From a virus (lineage: Duplodnaviria > Caudoviricetes), in the IMG/VR virus record IMGVR_UViG_3300030099_004360, positions 1 through 26,789 of that record: a stretch of DNA of 26,789 nucleotides. One strand, written 5' to 3'. Below, one piece after another: positions 25,239-26,789 of this stretch (the first letter of the stretch is position 1; each line of letters starts with the position of its first letter). Position numbers and translations under genes: made by a program. The notes beneath the pieces were generated by a model. It saw only the letters and a list, made by a program, of their open reading frames with translations, was not told where the DNA came from and made no database searches.

Positions 25239-26789
25239 TTAACTTATTATTTTTGATTTAGCTCCTTGATTATTATATTTTTTAATACCTAAATCAACCG
25301 CTTTTAATTCTCTTTTAACTGATGGTGTGTATCTATGTTTGTTGCAAGCCATCAATGCCAAACCAGAACTAATAGAAGCATCGTGTGTTGTTCTATTGTT
25401 TATATTGAATTTCGCCCAGTCTTCTAATGTTCTTTGAAAATACATATCGCCATAACCAGCTTCTTTTAAACCTACAAAATGCTCTATATAAGTTTCTATT
25501 GCTGCCGCATGAGCTTGCTTTATATCTTCACTAGAATTAGGTATGCCACCTATTTCTCTTTCTGTTATAGATAATTTATTTCTTTTTTTATCAGGTCTAT
25601 TCATTGCAAAACCTCTATAACCTCTTTTTTTAAAATAATATAATAATCTTGGTTTATTATTTTCTGCAAGTATTGGCATACCATAAAAAACACAAGCCAT
25701 TAAAACATCTTCAAAAAATATTTCTGCAGTTTGTGGCCTAGCAATATATTCTAAGAAAAAATGATTTGGAGGTGCGTTTTCCATGCTAAATTTAGTTAAT
25801 CCATGCAACGATCCATTAGAACCTCTTTTATCTACAGTTCCTGATATATCATAAGGATCACATCCAAAAGCACCTATATGCTCGTTACCTGGATAATTAA
25901 TTCCATTTTTATTATATCTTCTGTTTTGCAAAGATATATCTGGAATCCAAGTAATATAAAATCTACCATTATTGTTTGGAATAAATATTACTTTAGTATC
26001 TTTTTCTCCATTTTCCCATTGAAAATTACCTTGAGTTACATTTATACTATTTTGTAGATCTTCATTAAAATCTATTTGCTCGTATATTTTTGTTAAATTA
26101 AACAAAGACTGTTTAGATTCGTCTCTAAAAGCATGCTTAGTTGTTCTTGGAAACTGTCTATAAAATTCATTTAAACCATCTTGATCACCTTTTAATCCAG
26201 CTACTTCGTTATCCCAATATTCTATAACGCCTTGTTTTATTAAAGAGCCCTGAGGGTCTTTTGCTGGTTTTTTAGGTGTTTCGAATACAGGTAGTCCATA
26301 AGAATCAATGTATCCCTCGTAGTTCCATTCCATAGGTATGAACAAACTATATAATCCTGAGCGAGTCTGTCCATTGCTATTTCTTTTTGTGACATCTGAG
26401 TCATCGTATAATTTTTTAAAATTTCTTCCACCTTTGTCTAATGAGTTACTGGTTGAACCCATCATACATTTACCAATTATTTTACTACCTAATCGTAAGG
26501 TGGTTTTCGTAACGCGCCAGTTGTTGAGTATATTGTTTGGTTTCTCCCATTTACCTGATTCGTCGTGTACGAGTAGCTTGAGTTTCTCACCGTCGTAGGA
26601 GTTGTCACCGGTATTTTTCCAGTCGATAGTTGTGTCAAGTCCCTGTAATTCGTCCTGTAAGGTTTCGTCGGCGGAGGCGGTAAGCTTACGACGGGTGTAC
26701 TTGGTTGCGGGTACACGGTAGGCAAGCTCGGTCTTGGGACGGTCCATTCCGTCCTGGGTCGGCTTGAAAAAGAAAGGGTAGTTGACAGA
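25239..26789 (-). CDS. terL: Terminase large subunit, 5'-truncated by window edge
   Basis: The frame stays open upstream of the called Met to the window end (SVNYPFFFKPTQDG-MDRPK). Walker B LKLLVHDESGKW, coupling motif MMGSTSN, RNase H-like nuclease GAFGCDPYD, LAENNK, HDASISSGLA. Confidence 0.9.
   Translation of the reverse strand, partial: SVNYPFFFKPTQDGMDRPKTELAYRVPATKYTRRKLTASADETLQDELQGLDTTIDWKNTGDNSYDGEKLKLLVHDESGKWEKPNNILNNWRVTKTTLRLGSKIIGKCMMGSTSNSLDKGGRNFKKLYDDSDVTKRNSNGQTRSGLYSLFIPMEWNYEGYIDSYGLPVFETPKKPAKDPQGSLIKQGVIEYWDNEVAGLKGDQDGLNEFYRQFPRTTKHAFRDESKQSLFNLTKIYEQIDFNEDLQNSINVTQGNFQWENGEKDTKVIFIPNNNGRFYITWIPDISLQNRRYNKNGINYPGNEHIGAFGCDPYDISGTVDKRGSNGSLHGLTKFSMENAPPNHFFLEYIARPQTAEIFFEDVLMACVFYGMPILAENNKPRLLYYFKKRGYRGFAMNRPDKKRNKLSITEREIGGIPNSSEDIKQAHAAAIETYIEHFVGLKEAGYGDMYFQRTLEDWAKFNINNRTTHDASISSGLALMACNKHRYTPSVKRELKAVDLGIKKYNNQGAKSKIIS

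Noticed and set aside
26240-26431. 63-aa +1-frame ORF in terminase as a continuation of the GC-island ORF
   Set aside because: Same frame, but separated from it by four stops (TAG, TAA, TGA, TAG). GTG start and no independent support.
26745-26747. Called start Met of terminase
   Set aside because: The frame is open to the window edge and the Walker A region is missing, so the true start lies outside the window.
1-26789. tRNA, CRISPR array, intron/intein, DGR template-variable repeat pair, integrase or transposase
   Set aside because: Intergenic gaps are all under ~65 nt. I saw no repeat-spacer periodicity, no intein or homing-endonuclease insertion in terL, portal or MCP, and no long near-identical repeat pair differing at adenines.

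Overview
An AT-rich (about one-third GC), gene-dense phage virion morphogenesis module, entirely on the minus strand and read with the standard genetic code. In transcription order (right to left): terminase large subunit (5'-truncated by the window edge), portal, scaffold-like acidic protein, major capsid protein, a 273-aa conserved structural-module protein, two tail ring/tubular-type proteins, a tail stabilization ('muzzle')-type protein split into 1408-aa and 484-aa genes, a 224-aa ejection/pilot-like protein, a 366-aa unknown, a 3052-aa giant protein, and two signal-peptide proteins (the second runs off the left edge). Gene order, A-rich Shine-Dalgarno-less starts and signal-peptide+Gln N-termini suggest a podovirus of Bacteroidota/Flavobacteriia with a crAss-like head-tail block. 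This assignment comes from motifs and synteny, not a database search. Four observations stand out. (1) The giant, probably ejected, protein has no RNA polymerase motif in context. It strings together an HExxH zincin, a sigma70 region-2-like segment, an EEH segment and an intact HAD phosphatase, separated by recurring S-K linkers. (2) An unannotated 42-aa gene (MPFKSEKQR...) is overprinted in the +1 frame of the scaffold gene. (3) A sharply GC-rich, hairpin-forming island with an open +1 frame lies inside the terminase gene. (4) Two pairs of repeated intergenic motifs look like phage expression signals.
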